Shown here in pieces: positions 37,328 to 49,334 of a DNA stretch of 64,000 bases; positions within the stretch are counted from its first letter, which is position 1; each line of letters begins with the position of its first letter. Source of the DNA: Candidatus Latescibacterota bacterium (lineage in GTDB: Bacteria; Latescibacterota; UBA2968; GCA-2709665); assembly GCA_963667175.2 (NCBI GenBank), contig CAXXXF010000015.1:352001-416000 (forward strand). The letters run 5' to 3'. Position numbers and translations under genes: made by a program. The notes beneath the pieces are model-generated. The model was not told where the DNA came from, did not search any database, and worked only from the letters and a program-made list of their open reading frames with translations.

Positions 37328-37701
37328 TCGCCCTCCTCGCTGTTGTCGCCTGCGTCGGCGTTCTCCTGCTCGTCCTCTCCGCCTGCGTCCGCTTCCGGCT
37401 CTTCCTCCACCGGACTCTCATCCACGACGACCAGATGCCGCAGCACGGACTCGTCGAGTTTGAACATCCGGTCCACCTCGGACAGGATTTCCGGCGGCGC
37501 CTCGAAGCGGATGAACGTGTAGTCGCCGCGCTGCTGCTTGCCAACGTCGTAGGCCAGCTTGCGCGCGCCCCAGCGGTCGACCTCCACCGAGCGGCCGCCG
37601 CCTTCGGAAACGAGGCGATCGAAACGCGCGACGAGGTCGTCCACCGCGTTATCGGGCGCCTGCACGTTGACGATGAGTGCGAGTTCGTAACGATTCGACA
37701 T
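37324..37701 (-). CDS. rpsF: 30S ribosomal protein S6
   Basis: [12 protein letters not shown] and DESVLRHL; GGGGGAGG RBS. Confidence 0.96.
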   Translation of the reverse strand: MSNRYELALIVNVQAPDNAVDDLVARFDRLVSEGGGRSVEVDRWGARKLAYDVGKQQRGDYTFIRFEAPPEILSEVDRMFKLDESVLRHLVVVDESPVEEEPEADAGGEDEQENADAGDNSEEGE

Positions 37702-37799
37702 GGAACCTCCCCCTGGACTGGTGGCCCGCGAGCCGCCCGACCGGGCCTGTCCGCCGTGCTGCGGCACAGGCAGGCGTTCACGAGCGGGAAAGAAAAAGG

Positions 37800-37985
37800 C
37801 AGCGGTCAGCATTCAGCTTGAAGCAAAGAGCGAACCACCCCCGGCCCCGCAAACCTCTCCCCCCGGCCTGCCTGCCGGCAGGCAGGCCCCCTCTCCCAGG
37901 GGGAAAGGGGGAGCAGAGCGAGATGTCTTCTAGCGATGACAGTTCCCCCCTTCCCCCCGGGAAGGGGGACAGGGGGTAGGTTGGC
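37800..37985. repeat. Composite REP-like doublet between hppA and rpsF
   Basis: Reverse-orientation copy of the 17-19 kb unit core. Confidence 0.85.
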
Positions 37986-38045
37986 GGGTGTGTTGGGCGC
38001 TTCGCGGAACCCAGAATAAAACGCTGAAAGTATTCTCTGAAGGAT

Positions 38046-40058
38046 TCAATCAATCAACAACGGCGCCAGAACCAGCGAAACGACCGACATGAGCTTGATC
38101 AGTATGTTCAGCGAGGGACCGGAGGTGTCCTTCAGCGGATCGCCCACGGTGTCGCCAACGACCGCGGCCTTGTGCGCGTCGGACCCCTTCCCGCCGAAAT
38201 GCCCCTCTTCGATATGCTTCTTGCCGTTGTCCAGCACGCCGCCGCTGTTGGCCATCATCAGCGCCATGAGCATGCCGCTCAGCAGGGCGCCGGCGAGCAT
38301 GCCGCCGAGCGCTTCCTTGCCGAGGATGAACCCGACCAGCACGGGCGTGAGCACGGCAACCACCCCCGGCGGCGCCATTTCCCGCAGCGCCGCAACGGTG
38401 CTGATGTCCACGCAGCGCCGGGTGTCGGGCTTGCCGACGCCTTCCATCAGTCCCGGAATCTCCCGGAACTGCCGCCGGACCTCTTCCACCATCCTGAACG
38501 CCGCCCGGCCTACCGACGTCATCGTCTGCGCGGCCACGAGGAAGGGGATGGAACCCCCGATGAACAGGCCGATCACCACCATGGGCGAGGTCAGGTTGAT
38601 CATCTCCAGCTTCACGGTCGACGCGTAGGCCGAAAACAGAGCCAGGGCCGTGAGCGCGGCCGAACCGATGGCGAAGCCCTTGCCGATGGCCGCCGTGGTG
38701 TTGCCCAGCGCGTCCAGCCCGTCCGTGATCTTCCTCGTCTCCGGCCCGAGTTCCGCCATTTCCGATATGCCGCCAGCATTGTCGGCGATGGGACCGTACG
38801 CGTCCACCGCCATGGTGATGCCCACGGTTGCCAGCATCCCCACGGCCGCGATGCCGATGCCGTAGAGCCCGGCAAAATGATAGGCGAACCCGATGGCGGC
38901 GCAGATGCACAGCACGGGAAGGAAGGTGCTCTGCATGCCGATCGCCAAACCCGAGATGATGTTGGTGGCGGGCCCGGTTTCAGAGGACCTGGCCACCCTG
39001 CGCACCGGCGCGCCGCCGGTGTAGTATTCGGTAAGCAGGCCGATCAGAATGCCGGTGAAACCGCCCAGCAGGATCGCCCAGAACACGCCTTCGGAAAGCC
39101 CCAGTCCCTCAACCGCGAAATAGCTCCCGGCGAACATGATCCCGGCGGCCACGAAAGAAGCGTAGCGGAGGGCGGCCGCGGGGCTGAAACGCTGCAGGAC
39201 GGGCATGGCGAGCATGCCGATGAGGGACGCCACGAGGCCGATGGTGGCGACGAAGAGCGGAAGCTGCATGGCCGCCGTCTTCACGTCGGCGTCGGCGTAC
39301 ACGGAGCTGCCGGCCAGCGTGGCGATCAGCGCGGAGCCGGCCGTGGCCGCGATGGCGATGGTGGCCACGATGGAGCCCACGTAGGACTCGAAGATATCGG
39401 CGCCCATCCCGGCCACGTCGCCCACGTTGTCTCCCACGAAGTCGGCGAGCGCCGCGGGGTTGCGCGGGTCGTCCTCGGGAATGCCCGCCTCCACCTTGCC
39501 GACGAGATCGGCGCCCACGTCGGCCGTTTTGGTATAGATGCCGCCGCCCACGCGCGCGAACAGGGCGATGGAGCTGGCGCCCATGGCGAACCCGTTGATG
39601 ATCACCGCCTGATTCGCGTTGCCGTACAGGAGAAAGAGCGTGCCCACCCCCAGCAGGCCCAGGCTGGCCACCGAGAGGCCCATGACCGTGCCGCCCGAAA
39701 ACGCGACGCTCAGCGCCGTCGACTGGCCCTCCTGGTTGGCGGCGTACGCGGTGCGCACGTTGGCCTTGGTGGCCGCCTTCATCCCGAAAAAACCGGCGCC
39801 GATCGAACAGATCGCGCCGGCCAGAAAGGCGAAGGCCGTGCTGAACGGCCGGATGCCGATCGAAAGCAGGATGAATACCGCGACGATGAAAATCACGAGC
39901 ACCAGGTATTCGCGTTTCAAAAACGCCATGGCGCCTTCGTGGATGGCATCCGAAATCTCCCGCATCCGGTCCGTACCGGCCGGTTTACGGGCAATCCGGA
40001 AATATACCAGCCCGGCGACGAGCAACCCGGCGATCCCGAATATTGGCGTCCAGAACAT
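38046..40058 (-). CDS. hppA: Membrane-bound K+-dependent (probably Na+-translocating) pyrophosphatase
   Basis: [38 protein letters not shown] (Ala = K+-dependent type) and [10 protein letters not shown]. Confidence 0.95.
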   Translation of the reverse strand: MFWTPIFGIAGLLVAGLVYFRIARKPAGTDRMREISDAIHEGAMAFLKREYLVLVIFIVAVFILLSIGIRPFSTAFAFLAGAICSIGAGFFGMKAATKANVRTAYAANQEGQSTALSVAFSGGTVMGLSVASLGLLGVGTLFLLYGNANQAVIINGFAMGASSIALFARVGGGIYTKTADVGADLVGKVEAGIPEDDPRNPAALADFVGDNVGDVAGMGADIFESYVGSIVATIAIAATAGSALIATLAGSSVYADADVKTAAMQLPLFVATIGLVASLIGMLAMPVLQRFSPAAALRYASFVAAGIMFAGSYFAVEGLGLSEGVFWAILLGGFTGILIGLLTEYYTGGAPVRRVARSSETGPATNIISGLAIGMQSTFLPVLCICAAIGFAYHFAGLYGIGIAAVGMLATVGITMAVDAYGPIADNAGGISEMAELGPETRKITDGLDALGNTTAAIGKGFAIGSAALTALALFSAYASTVKLEMINLTSPMVVIGLFIGGSIPFLVAAQTMTSVGRAAFRMVEEVRRQFREIPGLMEGVGKPDTRRCVDISTVAALREMAPPGVVAVLTPVLVGFILGKEALGGMLAGALLSGMLMALMMANSGGVLDNGKKHIEEGHFGGKGSDAHKAAVVGDTVGDPLKDTSGPSLNILIKLMSVVSLVLAPLLID

Positions 40059-40074
40059 AAGCAAACCTCCGGAA

Positions 40075-40750
40075 AAGCAGCGATCAGCAGTCAGCAAAAA
40101 TCAACTCACACAAAGACGCGAAGACACAAAGGAAAACAACTGCAATCAGCGATCAACTAGAATCAAAAGCGAAAATCGAGAGCGAGAATCAAATTCAACG
40201 TCCACGTCTCCCCAAATTCCCTGCCTCCGGCGGGTTCCTTTTGAAGCGACCAAAAGGAACCAAAAGTCGCCGCTGGGCGCCTGCCTGCGCCAAGCCCCGC
40301 GCGGCAGGCAGGCGGGGCCTGCCATATGCAAAGCGCGAACACACTCACTGGATGCACTTAACCTTGATTCGTAGTTCTTCGGGAACGTTCATTCGAATAA
40401 ACGCAGGTGAATCAAGGCGATTTGACGTCGGAATTTCAGGAACCTTCAGGTCACTGGACGTGAGCGGAGAAAACATCCATTTGGACGACCTCTACACGCC
40501 GTTTCGCAGCCCTGCCCTTTGTGTCTTTTGTGCTTTTTGTGGCTGATTTTACGGTTATCTTTTTTCGAATTGAGGTTAGCGCTCAGCCAGGAGGGAACCA
40601 CCGCAAACCCTTCCCCCGGAACCCGGTTCCAACGGGTGTTTGTCCGCCGACAGACTACCCTTCAGGATACTACGGATAAACCACGGGAGGACCCAACCCT
40701 TCTTCATTCTTCCTTCTTCGTTCTTCCTTTTACCCTTTACCGTCTCACCG
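40075..40750. repeat. Repeat-rich spacer between pth and hppA
   Basis: CACAAAGACGCGAAGACACAAAG module, GGTTCCTTTT/AAAAGGAACC hairpin, 33-nt mini-hairpin and ~90-nt dispersed element. Confidence 0.75.
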
Positions 40751-40753
40751 ATT

Positions 40754-41311
40754 TTATGAATTATACCGATTCATCGCCTCGTCGACGCCGGATTCCATCC
40801 AGCATGCCGCCCCGGAGGCGGCCGTGCGGACCGCCGCGTCGACGGCGTCGCGCTCATCGTCTTCGAACGGGTTCAGGACGTGCTCGATCCGGTCCGCGCC
40901 TTCCGGCGGCGCGCCGATACCGACTCTCAGCCGCGGAAACGCCCCGGATCCCACGCAAGCGATGATCGACGCCAGCCCGTTGTGCCCCCCGTCGCTGCCG
41001 CCGCGCCGCAGCCGGATCCGCCCCAGATCCAGGTGGACGTCGTCCACGACCACAAGCAACTCCTCGATGCCGACCTCGAAACCGTCCAGGACCCGCGCCA
41101 CCGCAACGCCGCTGCGATTCATGAACGTGGTCGGCTTCACCAGCAACGGCGCCCCGTCGCCCGTCGCGATCCGGCAAAAAAAATACCAGGCGCTCTCCGA
41201 CCAGGTCCCCTCCATCCTTGCCGCCAGCAGGTCCACCACCCGATAGCCCAGGTTGTGGCGGGTGTGAGCGTAATCGGAACCCGGGTTGCCCAGACCCACG
41301 ACAACCTTCAC
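40754..41311 (-). CDS. pth: Peptidyl-tRNA hydrolase
   Basis: VGLGNPG, TRHNLG, KPTTFMNRSG and GGHNGL. Confidence 0.96.
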   Translation of the reverse strand: MKVVVGLGNPGSDYAHTRHNLGYRVVDLLAARMEGTWSESAWYFFCRIATGDGAPLLVKPTTFMNRSGVAVARVLDGFEVGIEELLVVVDDVHLDLGRIRLRRGGSDGGHNGLASIIACVGSGAFPRLRVGIGAPPEGADRIEHVLNPFEDDERDAVDAAVRTAASGAACWMESGVDEAMNRYNS

Positions 41312-41575
41312 GAGAACCCCCAAAAGGCAGCCATCAGCGTTCAGCTCTCAGCAATCAGCAAAGATCAAAAGCGACAATCGGCTCACACGAAGGCACGAAG
41401 ACACAAAGGAAAACAACTGCAATCAGCCGAGAGCGAACCACCCCCAGCCCCGCAGACCTCTCCCCCCTGCCTGCCGAAAAACCGCCGGCAGGCGACCTGT
41501 CAGGATGCTATGGGCAAAACACAGGAGGACCACCCCGTTTTCATTCTTCCTTCTTCCTTTCCCGTCTCCCCGCTC

Positions 41576-42262
41576 TTACTCTTCGTCGTCCTCGTCGCCG
41601 TCCTTCTTGCCGCGTTCGATGACCTCGGGCTCCTGCATCTCTTCCTCTTCCTCGATCGCCTCTTCCTCTTCCTCCTCGACCTGCGAGATTGACGGCGGAA
41701 CCACCACGAACACGGACCGGTCGCTCTCGGTAACGATCTCCACGGCGCCGGACACGCTCAAATCGGAAACGTGCACCGAATCCCCGATATCCAGATGCGT
41801 CACGTCGAATCCGATGCGATCCGGGATCTCGGCGGGCAGGCACGATACTTCCACCTGGTGCAGCAGCTGCTCCAGAATACCGCCCTCCGTGCGGACGCCG
41901 GCCGGAATGCCTTCGGCCTCGACGCGGACGTCCACGACGATTTTCTGGGTGAGCGAGATCCTGTAGAAGTCCGCGTGGAGGAGATGACCGCCAACGGGGT
42001 GGTGCTGCAGCTCTTTGACGATGGCGGTGTCTTCCGATTGCTCCTCGCCGTTGCCCACAACCAGGGACAGAAGCGTATTCCGACCGTGTTCGTGCAAGAC
42101 CGTCGACAACGCCTTCGCATCGACCGAACAGGCGACGGACGCGCCACCGTCGCCATAGACGACCGCCGGAATCCTCCCGGTACGGCGGATGCGCCTGGCC
42201 TCGCCCTTTCCGGTTCCGGAGCGTGCGTCGGCCCGTAAACTCACGCCGAGATTGTCAGCCAT
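41576..42262 (-). CDS. rplY: 50S ribosomal protein L25 (long Ctc form)
   Basis: GKGEARRIRRTGRIPAVVYG, HADF, GGILEQ and acidic tail. Confidence 0.95.
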   Translation of the reverse strand: MADNLGVSLRADARSGTGKGEARRIRRTGRIPAVVYGDGGASVACSVDAKALSTVLHEHGRNTLLSLVVGNGEEQSEDTAIVKELQHHPVGGHLLHADFYRISLTQKIVVDVRVEAEGIPAGVRTEGGILEQLLHQVEVSCLPAEIPDRIGFDVTHLDIGDSVHVSDLSVSGAVEIVTESDRSVFVVVPPSISQVEEEEEEAIEEEEEMQEPEVIERGKKDGDEDDEE

Positions 42263-42305
42263 TGACCGATCCTCCACAATTGTCCACCAGCACTACGGTT
42301 TTGCA

Positions 42306-42376
42306 CTGCCGGGCAGGGATTCGAACCCCGATAAACGGCTCCAAAGGCCGCTGTCTTACCCTTAGACGACCCGGCA
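42306..42376 (-). tRNA. tRNA-Gln (UUG)
   Basis: TGCCGGG acceptor stem, GCGGC-CT-TTG-GA-GCCGT anticodon arm, GGTTCGAATCC T-arm; CCA not encoded; usual position after ispE. Confidence 0.95.
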
Positions 42377-42505
42377 TCAATAACCGGAACCCGGATGCTG
42401 CGTGCGATCAATACCGCGAGCCATCGTTGAGGCGGCAATCGACCGGGGTCGTACGTTGCGTGACTGTATTTTATGGTATTAGGGACCGCAAACGGTCCGG
42501 TCCGG

Positions 42506-43378
42506 TTACGGTTCGCGCGGCCGGCAGCGACACAGATAGACCCGACGCCCACGGCCCTGCGCAAGGGCTGCCGCAACCGAAGCCTGCCGGGCCTCACGAA
42601 AAACGCCGAAGAGCGTGGACCCGCTGCCCGAAACCGAACAGGCAACCGCGCCCCCGGCGGCCAGCGCCGCGAGGATCCGCGCCACGTCGCCGCTCTCGCC
42701 TTCCACGAGCGGCTGAAAGTCGTTTTCCAGACAGGCGAACAATCGGCCCGCACAGATCCGGCCGGACTTTTCCGCAGAGTCCAGAAATGTACCATACGCC
42801 GCTGCTTCTGTCAAGCCAATTCTCACGTTTCGGTAGGCCCAGGCGGTGGACACCGGGAACCCCGGATACACCAGCACGTACCAGAAATCGCCGTCCCAGT
42901 CCACGGGTCGGATCCGCTCTCCACGCCCCGTCACCACGGCCGTGCCGCCGGTGAGGAAGAACGGGACGTCGGACCCGAGCTCCGCCGCGAGCGCGGCCAG
43001 TCGCTCCGGCCCCAGATGCGATCCCCACAGCCGGTCCAGCGCGCGCAGCGTTGTTGCCGCGTTGGAACTCCCGCCGCCCAGGCCCGCGCCCGCTGGTATC
43101 CGTTTGACCAGGTCCACGCGCACCCCGTTGCCGGCGCCCGTGGCGCGGCGGAGGAGTTCCACGGCGCGGTACACGAGGTTCTCCGGCCCCCCGGGAACGT
43201 CCGGACGGTCGGCGCGGACGAGGGTTTCTCCGGGCGGGGCGGGCGTGAACACCAGGCGGTCGCACAGGTCCACCGTCTGAAGCACGGAGACGATCTCGTG
43301 ATAGCCGTCCGGGCGGCGGCGCAGGATCTTCAGGCCCAGATTCAGCTTCGCCGGCGCGATTTCAACGACGCGATACAA
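42506..43378 (-). CDS. ispE: 4-diphosphocytidyl-2-C-methyl-D-erythritol kinase
   Basis: APAKLNLGL, DGYHE, KRIPAGAGLGGGSSNAA, LGSDVPFF and SGSGST. Confidence 0.96.
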   Translation of the reverse strand: MYRVVEIAPAKLNLGLKILRRRPDGYHEIVSVLQTVDLCDRLVFTPAPPGETLVRADRPDVPGGPENLVYRAVELLRRATGAGNGVRVDLVKRIPAGAGLGGGSSNAATTLRALDRLWGSHLGPERLAALAAELGSDVPFFLTGGTAVVTGRGERIRPVDWDGDFWYVLVYPGFPVSTAWAYRNVRIGLTEAAAYGTFLDSAEKSGRICAGRLFACLENDFQPLVEGESGDVARILAALAAGGAVACSVSGSGSTLFGVFREARQASVAAALAQGRGRRVYLCRCRPREP

Positions 43379-43660
43379 TGGGAAAACCCTTATCCTGCAA
43401 GGAGCTGTCAGCTTTCAGCGTTCAGCAATCAGCTTGAATCAAGAGCGAACGTCAAATTCACCATCCACGTCTCCCCAAATTCCCTGCCGTCGAAAAGCAG
43501 CTTTCAGCAGTCAGCCAAGAGCGAACCTCCCCCAGCCCCGCAAACCTCTCCCCCCGGCCTGCCTGCGCCGAGTTCTGCTCGGCAGGCAGGCCCCGTCTCC
43601 CGTCTCACCGCTTTTAGATTTTCATTCTTCATTCTTCATTCTTGCCGCCTTTTGGCGCTC

Positions 43661-43688
43661 ATGATAACCTCGGTGGTCGTTGTGTCAA
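43661..43688 (-). promoter_or_regulatory. Putative sigma70 promoter of the ispE operon
   Basis: TTGACA-16 nt-TATCAT on the minus strand. Confidence 0.55.
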
Positions 43689-43843
43689 GCGCCAAACGGG
43701 CGCGGGGCGGGGAGCGCGACGGGCTCATGAGGCGGCGGCGTCTGCCAAACTTGCAGTCCTTCGAACCGCCGGACGCCCATCCGAACCTGCCGCATGGCGA
43801 CCCCGCGTCAAGGCGCGCGCACACGGGAAATCCAGGTTAGGGA

Positions 43844-43872
43844 TTGACGCCCGCGCGCAAATGTGATACATT
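43844..43872 (+). promoter_or_regulatory. Putative sigma70 promoter of the TPR gene
   Basis: TTGACG-17 nt-TACATT with extended -10 TG. Confidence 0.6.
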
Positions 43873-43921
43873 GAATGACGCTGCCGTACCGCGCCGCAAA
43901 TACCCATAACCCCCACGTTAT

Positions 43922-46900
43922 ATGCATATTTCTCGCATGTCACTCCCAACGCTTTCATCGCCGCGGCTGCTCCCGGGCGCGGTCGTCGGGCTGTGTGTTC
44001 TGCTGGCCTGTTCGACGCCCGTCGCGGGGCAGGCCGCCGAGGGTGAGCGCGAGAGCATCGAGCTCGCGCAACGGCTCTTCGACAACCGGGATTATGCCAA
44101 TGCGGCGCACGAATTCCGGCGCTTCATCGCCTCCTATCCCACGAGCGCGCGGCTTCCCTCGGCGCTCTTTCAACGGGGCGAGGCCCTCTTTCTGGGCGAA
44201 CGGTTCAGCGAAGCCGTCGTTGCGTACGACGACTTCCTCGTACGGTATCCCGGACGCCTGGAAGCGGACCCGGCCCTGCGGCGAAAGGCGGAATCCCTGG
44301 AGCGCCTCTCCCAATACGCCAGGGCCGGAGCGGCCTTCCGGGAAGCGCACGACCGGTTCGCCGCCGGCAAACACGCCGCCCGAAACCTCCTCGCGGCGGG
44401 GATCAACTTCCACAAGGGAAAGGACCTGGACGCCGCGGGAAAGGCGTTCGGCGCGCTGGTGGCGAATTTCCCCCAATCCGCGCTCGCCGCGGAAGCCGGC
44501 TACCGGTGGGGGCTCGCGCTGCTGGACGCGGGACGCCCCGAAGAGGCGCTGGAACGGTTCAAGACGATATCCGATCCCGGCGCGGGTTCCAGGTGGACGC
44601 CGGACGCCCTGCTCGAAATCGGCAAGACCGCCCTCGGCATGAAGGACGTGAAGGAGGCGGAGGCGGCTTTCGGCACGCTGCGAAGGGCGTATCCCGGTCA
44701 TGCCGCGGCCGGCGCCTCCTACCTGGAACTGGCCGCCTGGTATGAAGGCCGGGAGAACTGGCCGAAGGCCGCTGACGTCTACGGCCTCGCCCGCGGCAAT
44801 CTCCCGCAAAGCGAAGGCCGCCGGCAGGCCGTGCTGGGCCTGGGCAACGCCTGGCTCGAACTGGGCCGAACGGCCGAAGCGCTCGCGCTATTCACCGAGT
44901 TCATCAACGTCTATGCCGCCAGCCCTCGCCTGGACCGCGCCTGGCTGGGCCTGGGGCGCGCCCACGCCGACCTGAATCAGTACCGCGAGGCCCAGAACGC
45001 GTTCCGCCGCCTCCGGGAGCTCTTCCCGGAATCGGAGGCCGGCATCCGGGCGCACGCGGAGATGGGCGACGCCTGGCGGGCCGCGGGCGCGCCGCACAGG
45101 GCATTGAGGGCGTACCGGGCCTACGCCGGGCGGGCGGAGGCGCCCGGCGCCAAAGATTCGGCCCGGCTGCGGATCGCGCGAACGTACGAACAGGACCTGG
45201 GGTGGCACGACCTGGCCCTGGCGGTCTACCGGGACCTGGCGGAAACGGCGCCGGCCGACGTTGCCGGCGAAGCGCAGTTCGGCATCGCCCGTATTCTGGA
45301 TCGAACCGGGCGGGCGGACCGGGCCATTCGCGAATACCGGGCCTACCTGCGGCAATACGGCAGCCGCGCCGGCGAGGCCGAGAACCGCATCCGCTACCTG
45401 CGGGAGTTCGGCCGCGACGCCGCGGGCGTACCGCCGGCCGACCTGGCCGCGCTGCTCTCGAGTCTCCCTGCAATCGCCGGCGATCCGCATGCCCGGTTCG
45501 CACTCGGAAAGTTCCTTCACGACCGGCGGCAATACGCCCAGGCCGCCGAAACGCTCGCCGCCGGGCCGTCGGGGGATCCCCCGCCGCCGTTTGCCGCCGA
45601 GGCCGCCTGGCTTCTGGGCCGGAGCGCCCTGAAAGCGGCGCGGAAAGCGGAACTGGACGGCGGGCGGGAACAGGCATCGTCCTGGCGGCAGAAGGGCCTG
45701 GCGGCGCTCGGGGAGGTTGAAGACGGGTATCCGGAAAGCGAGTTCGCGGACGACGCCGGCCTGTTGCGAATCGAAACGGAAACCCGCCTGCCTGCCAGTC
45801 CAGCCAGCAAAGACAGGCGGGCCGAGCGGATCCCGGCCAGTCTGCCGTTCCAACGGGACAGGCAGGCGCAGGCGGGCGAAGCCGGCGTGGACGCGGCGAG
45901 GGCGAGACGGCAACTCGCGGCGTACCGCGAATTCGCGAAGACCTACCCCGGATCCGACCGGATGGACCGGGCGCTCCTGGGGATGGCCGACGCGATGCGC
46001 ACGCTCAGCCGGGTCGAACCCGCGTGGATCGACACCGCCCTGACAACCTACCGGGAGATCAGGGACGCGTATCCGAAAAGCCCGGCGGCGGAACGGGCAA
46101 CCTACGGCATCGGACTGTGCCAGGCCCTGAAGAAGGACTACGCGGCCGCCGAGGAAACGCTGCGCGATTTCCTCTTCGCGTATCCACGGAGCGACCTGGA
46201 GAGCCACGCCAGGCACGAGCTCGGCCGCATCCTCCTGGAGCGGGGGTTTCCGAGGAGCGCGGCGGACGACCTGGCCGAACTTCTCGCGGGGCCGGCGTCG
46301 CCCGGACTGGCGCGGTCCGCGCGTAACCTGCTGGCCGAGAGCTACTTCAGGGCGGATAACTACCGGCGCGCCATCGAAATTGACGTCGAACTGCTTTCCA
46401 TTGGACCCGACGGGCCCGCGCTCCGCCGGCTCGCGCGGTCCTACGAGGCGAACGGACAGGCGGCCGAAGCCATCGAAACCTGCCAGGCCCTGTTGAGCGC
46501 GTATCCGAACGCGGCCGACGCCGACAGCTTCGCGTACGCCCGGGCGCGGCTTCTGGCTCGCCTGAACCGGGAGTCCGAAGCCGTCGCGGCCTTCAAGGCG
46601 TTCCCGAAACAATATCCCGAAAGCCCGCTCAGGGCAACCGCGGGCAAGGCCCTGGCAACCCTCCTGTTCGACGCCGGAGAATACCGGAACGCGCTGGCGG
46701 CCATTGCGCACGTCCCCGTGCACGCGAGGGACGCGCAGGTCGCCGGAAGCGAAGTCCTCAGCCTGTTCCGGCTGAAACGCGCGCAGGAGGCGAAGAAAGC
46801 CGCGGGCAGGTTCAAGAAGACCTACCCGAACAGCCGCGAGTGGCTCGGCAGGTTCAAGAACGAGGAGGGCAGGTTCTATCTGAACGCCGGCAATTTCAAG

Positions 46901-47704
46901 AAAGCCCGTCAGATTTTCGAAGGCGTGGTCAAAAACCATCCCGGCGGCGAAACCGCGGCCGAAGCCGCCTGGTATCGCGTCAGAACACTGAAACGAGAAG
47001 GTCCGAAGGAAGCATACCGGGAGGCGCTCGCGGGCTTCGTGAAGACCCGTTCAGGCAGCAGCCGCTGGTCCGCCGCGGCCCTGGAGCTGGCCGATATCCT
47101 CTACGACGGCGGGGATTTCGAACGGGCGTCCAGAGCCTACCGGAACGTGCTCGAGGCCGGCCCGTCGCCCGAAGAAACGCCGAAGGTGCTGTCCAGACTG
47201 ATGAAGGTCCACAGACGTCTGAAGCTGCTGGATACGGCGATCGCCTACGCCAACCGGCTCGTCCGGGAATTTCCCGGGCATTCCCTCGCGTCGGACGTGC
47301 GCATCGAAATCGGGACCATGTTGCACGACAACAAGCAATACCGGCTGGCAATCGCCCGGCTGACGCCCCTGCTGAAAGACGCCGAGGGGAACGACTGGTC
47401 GACCATCCAGTATTGGCTCGCAAAGAGCCACTTCGGACTGCGAGACTACGAAAGCGCGAAACGGGAATACCTGAAACTTCAGTACCAGTTTCAGGGCGCC
47501 ACGCAATGGGTGGCCAGCGCCCAGGACGGACTCGCCAGCTGCTATGAAGCCCAGGGGAACTACCGGGAGGCGATCCGGGAACTCGAGGCCATCCGGCGAC
47601 GGGAGGGGGCGACCAGCGACTTCGGCCTCCAGGCGGGACAACGCATCGAAATGCTGAAGGCGCTCCTGAACAGCAGCCAGGAATCCGCGCCGCGCGCGCC
47701 CTGA
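43922..47704 (+). CDS. Large exported tetratricopeptide-repeat protein
   Basis: Signal-like hydrophobic segment and many TPR units ending in YP(x)S. Confidence 0.88.
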   Translation: MHISRMSLPTLSSPRLLPGAVVGLCVLLACSTPVAGQAAEGERESIELAQRLFDNRDYANAAHEFRRFIASYPTSARLPSALFQRGEALFLGERFSEAVVAYDDFLVRYPGRLEADPALRRKAESLERLSQYARAGAAFREAHDRFAAGKHAARNLLAAGINFHKGKDLDAAGKAFGALVANFPQSALAAEAGYRWGLALLDAGRPEEALERFKTISDPGAGSRWTPDALLEIGKTALGMKDVKEAEAAFGTLRRAYPGHAAAGASYLELAAWYEGRENWPKAADVYGLARGNLPQSEGRRQAVLGLGNAWLELGRTAEALALFTEFINVYAASPRLDRAWLGLGRAHADLNQYREAQNAFRRLRELFPESEAGIRAHAEMGDAWRAAGAPHRALRAYRAYAGRAEAPGAKDSARLRIARTYEQDLGWHDLALAVYRDLAETAPADVAGEAQFGIARILDRTGRADRAIREYRAYLRQYGSRAGEAENRIRYLREFGRDAAGVPPADLAALLSSLPAIAGDPHARFALGKFLHDRRQYAQAAETLAAGPSGDPPPPFAAEAAWLLGRSALKAARKAELDGGREQASSWRQKGLAALGEVEDGYPESEFADDAGLLRIETETRLPASPASKDRRAERIPASLPFQRDRQAQAGEAGVDAARARRQLAAYREFAKTYPGSDRMDRALLGMADAMRTLSRVEPAWIDTALTTYREIRDAYPKSPAAERATYGIGLCQALKKDYAAAEETLRDFLFAYPRSDLESHARHELGRILLERGFPRSAADDLAELLAGPASPGLARSARNLLAESYFRADNYRRAIEIDVELLSIGPDGPALRRLARSYEANGQAAEAIETCQALLSAYPNAADADSFAYARARLLARLNRESEAVAAFKAFPKQYPESPLRATAGKALATLLFDAGEYRNALAAIAHVPVHARDAQVAGSEVLSLFRLKRAQEAKKAAGRFKKTYPNSREWLGRFKNEEGRFYLNAGNFKKARQIFEGVVKNHPGGETAAEAAWYRVRTLKREGPKEAYREALAGFVKTRSGSSRWSAAALELADILYDGGDFERASRAYRNVLEAGPSPEETPKVLSRLMKVHRRLKLLDTAIAYANRLVREFPGHSLASDVRIEIGTMLHDNKQYRLAIARLTPLLKDAEGNDWSTIQYWLAKSHFGLRDYESAKREYLKLQYQFQGATQWVASAQDGLASCYEAQGNYREAIRELEAIRRREGATSDFGLQAGQRIEMLKALLNSSQESAPRAP
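45787..45876. mobile_element. Three nested mini-hairpin elements (33+27+30 nt) inserted in frame in the TPR gene
   Basis: Outer CCTGCCTG|CCGAGCGGATCCCGG|CGCAGGCGGG resembles the reverse complement of the 33-mer at 35173-35205; inner elements at 45795-45821 and 45837-45866. Confidence 0.75.
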
Positions 47705-47782
47705 CAGCCCGTTGCTGAAGTCCATCCGGGCTGCCAAACCGCCGTCACCGGAACCTGAACCCGATTCAAGCGAACGACCGCC

Positions 47783-49330
<1,548 letters not shown>

Positions 49331-49334
49331 AAGA

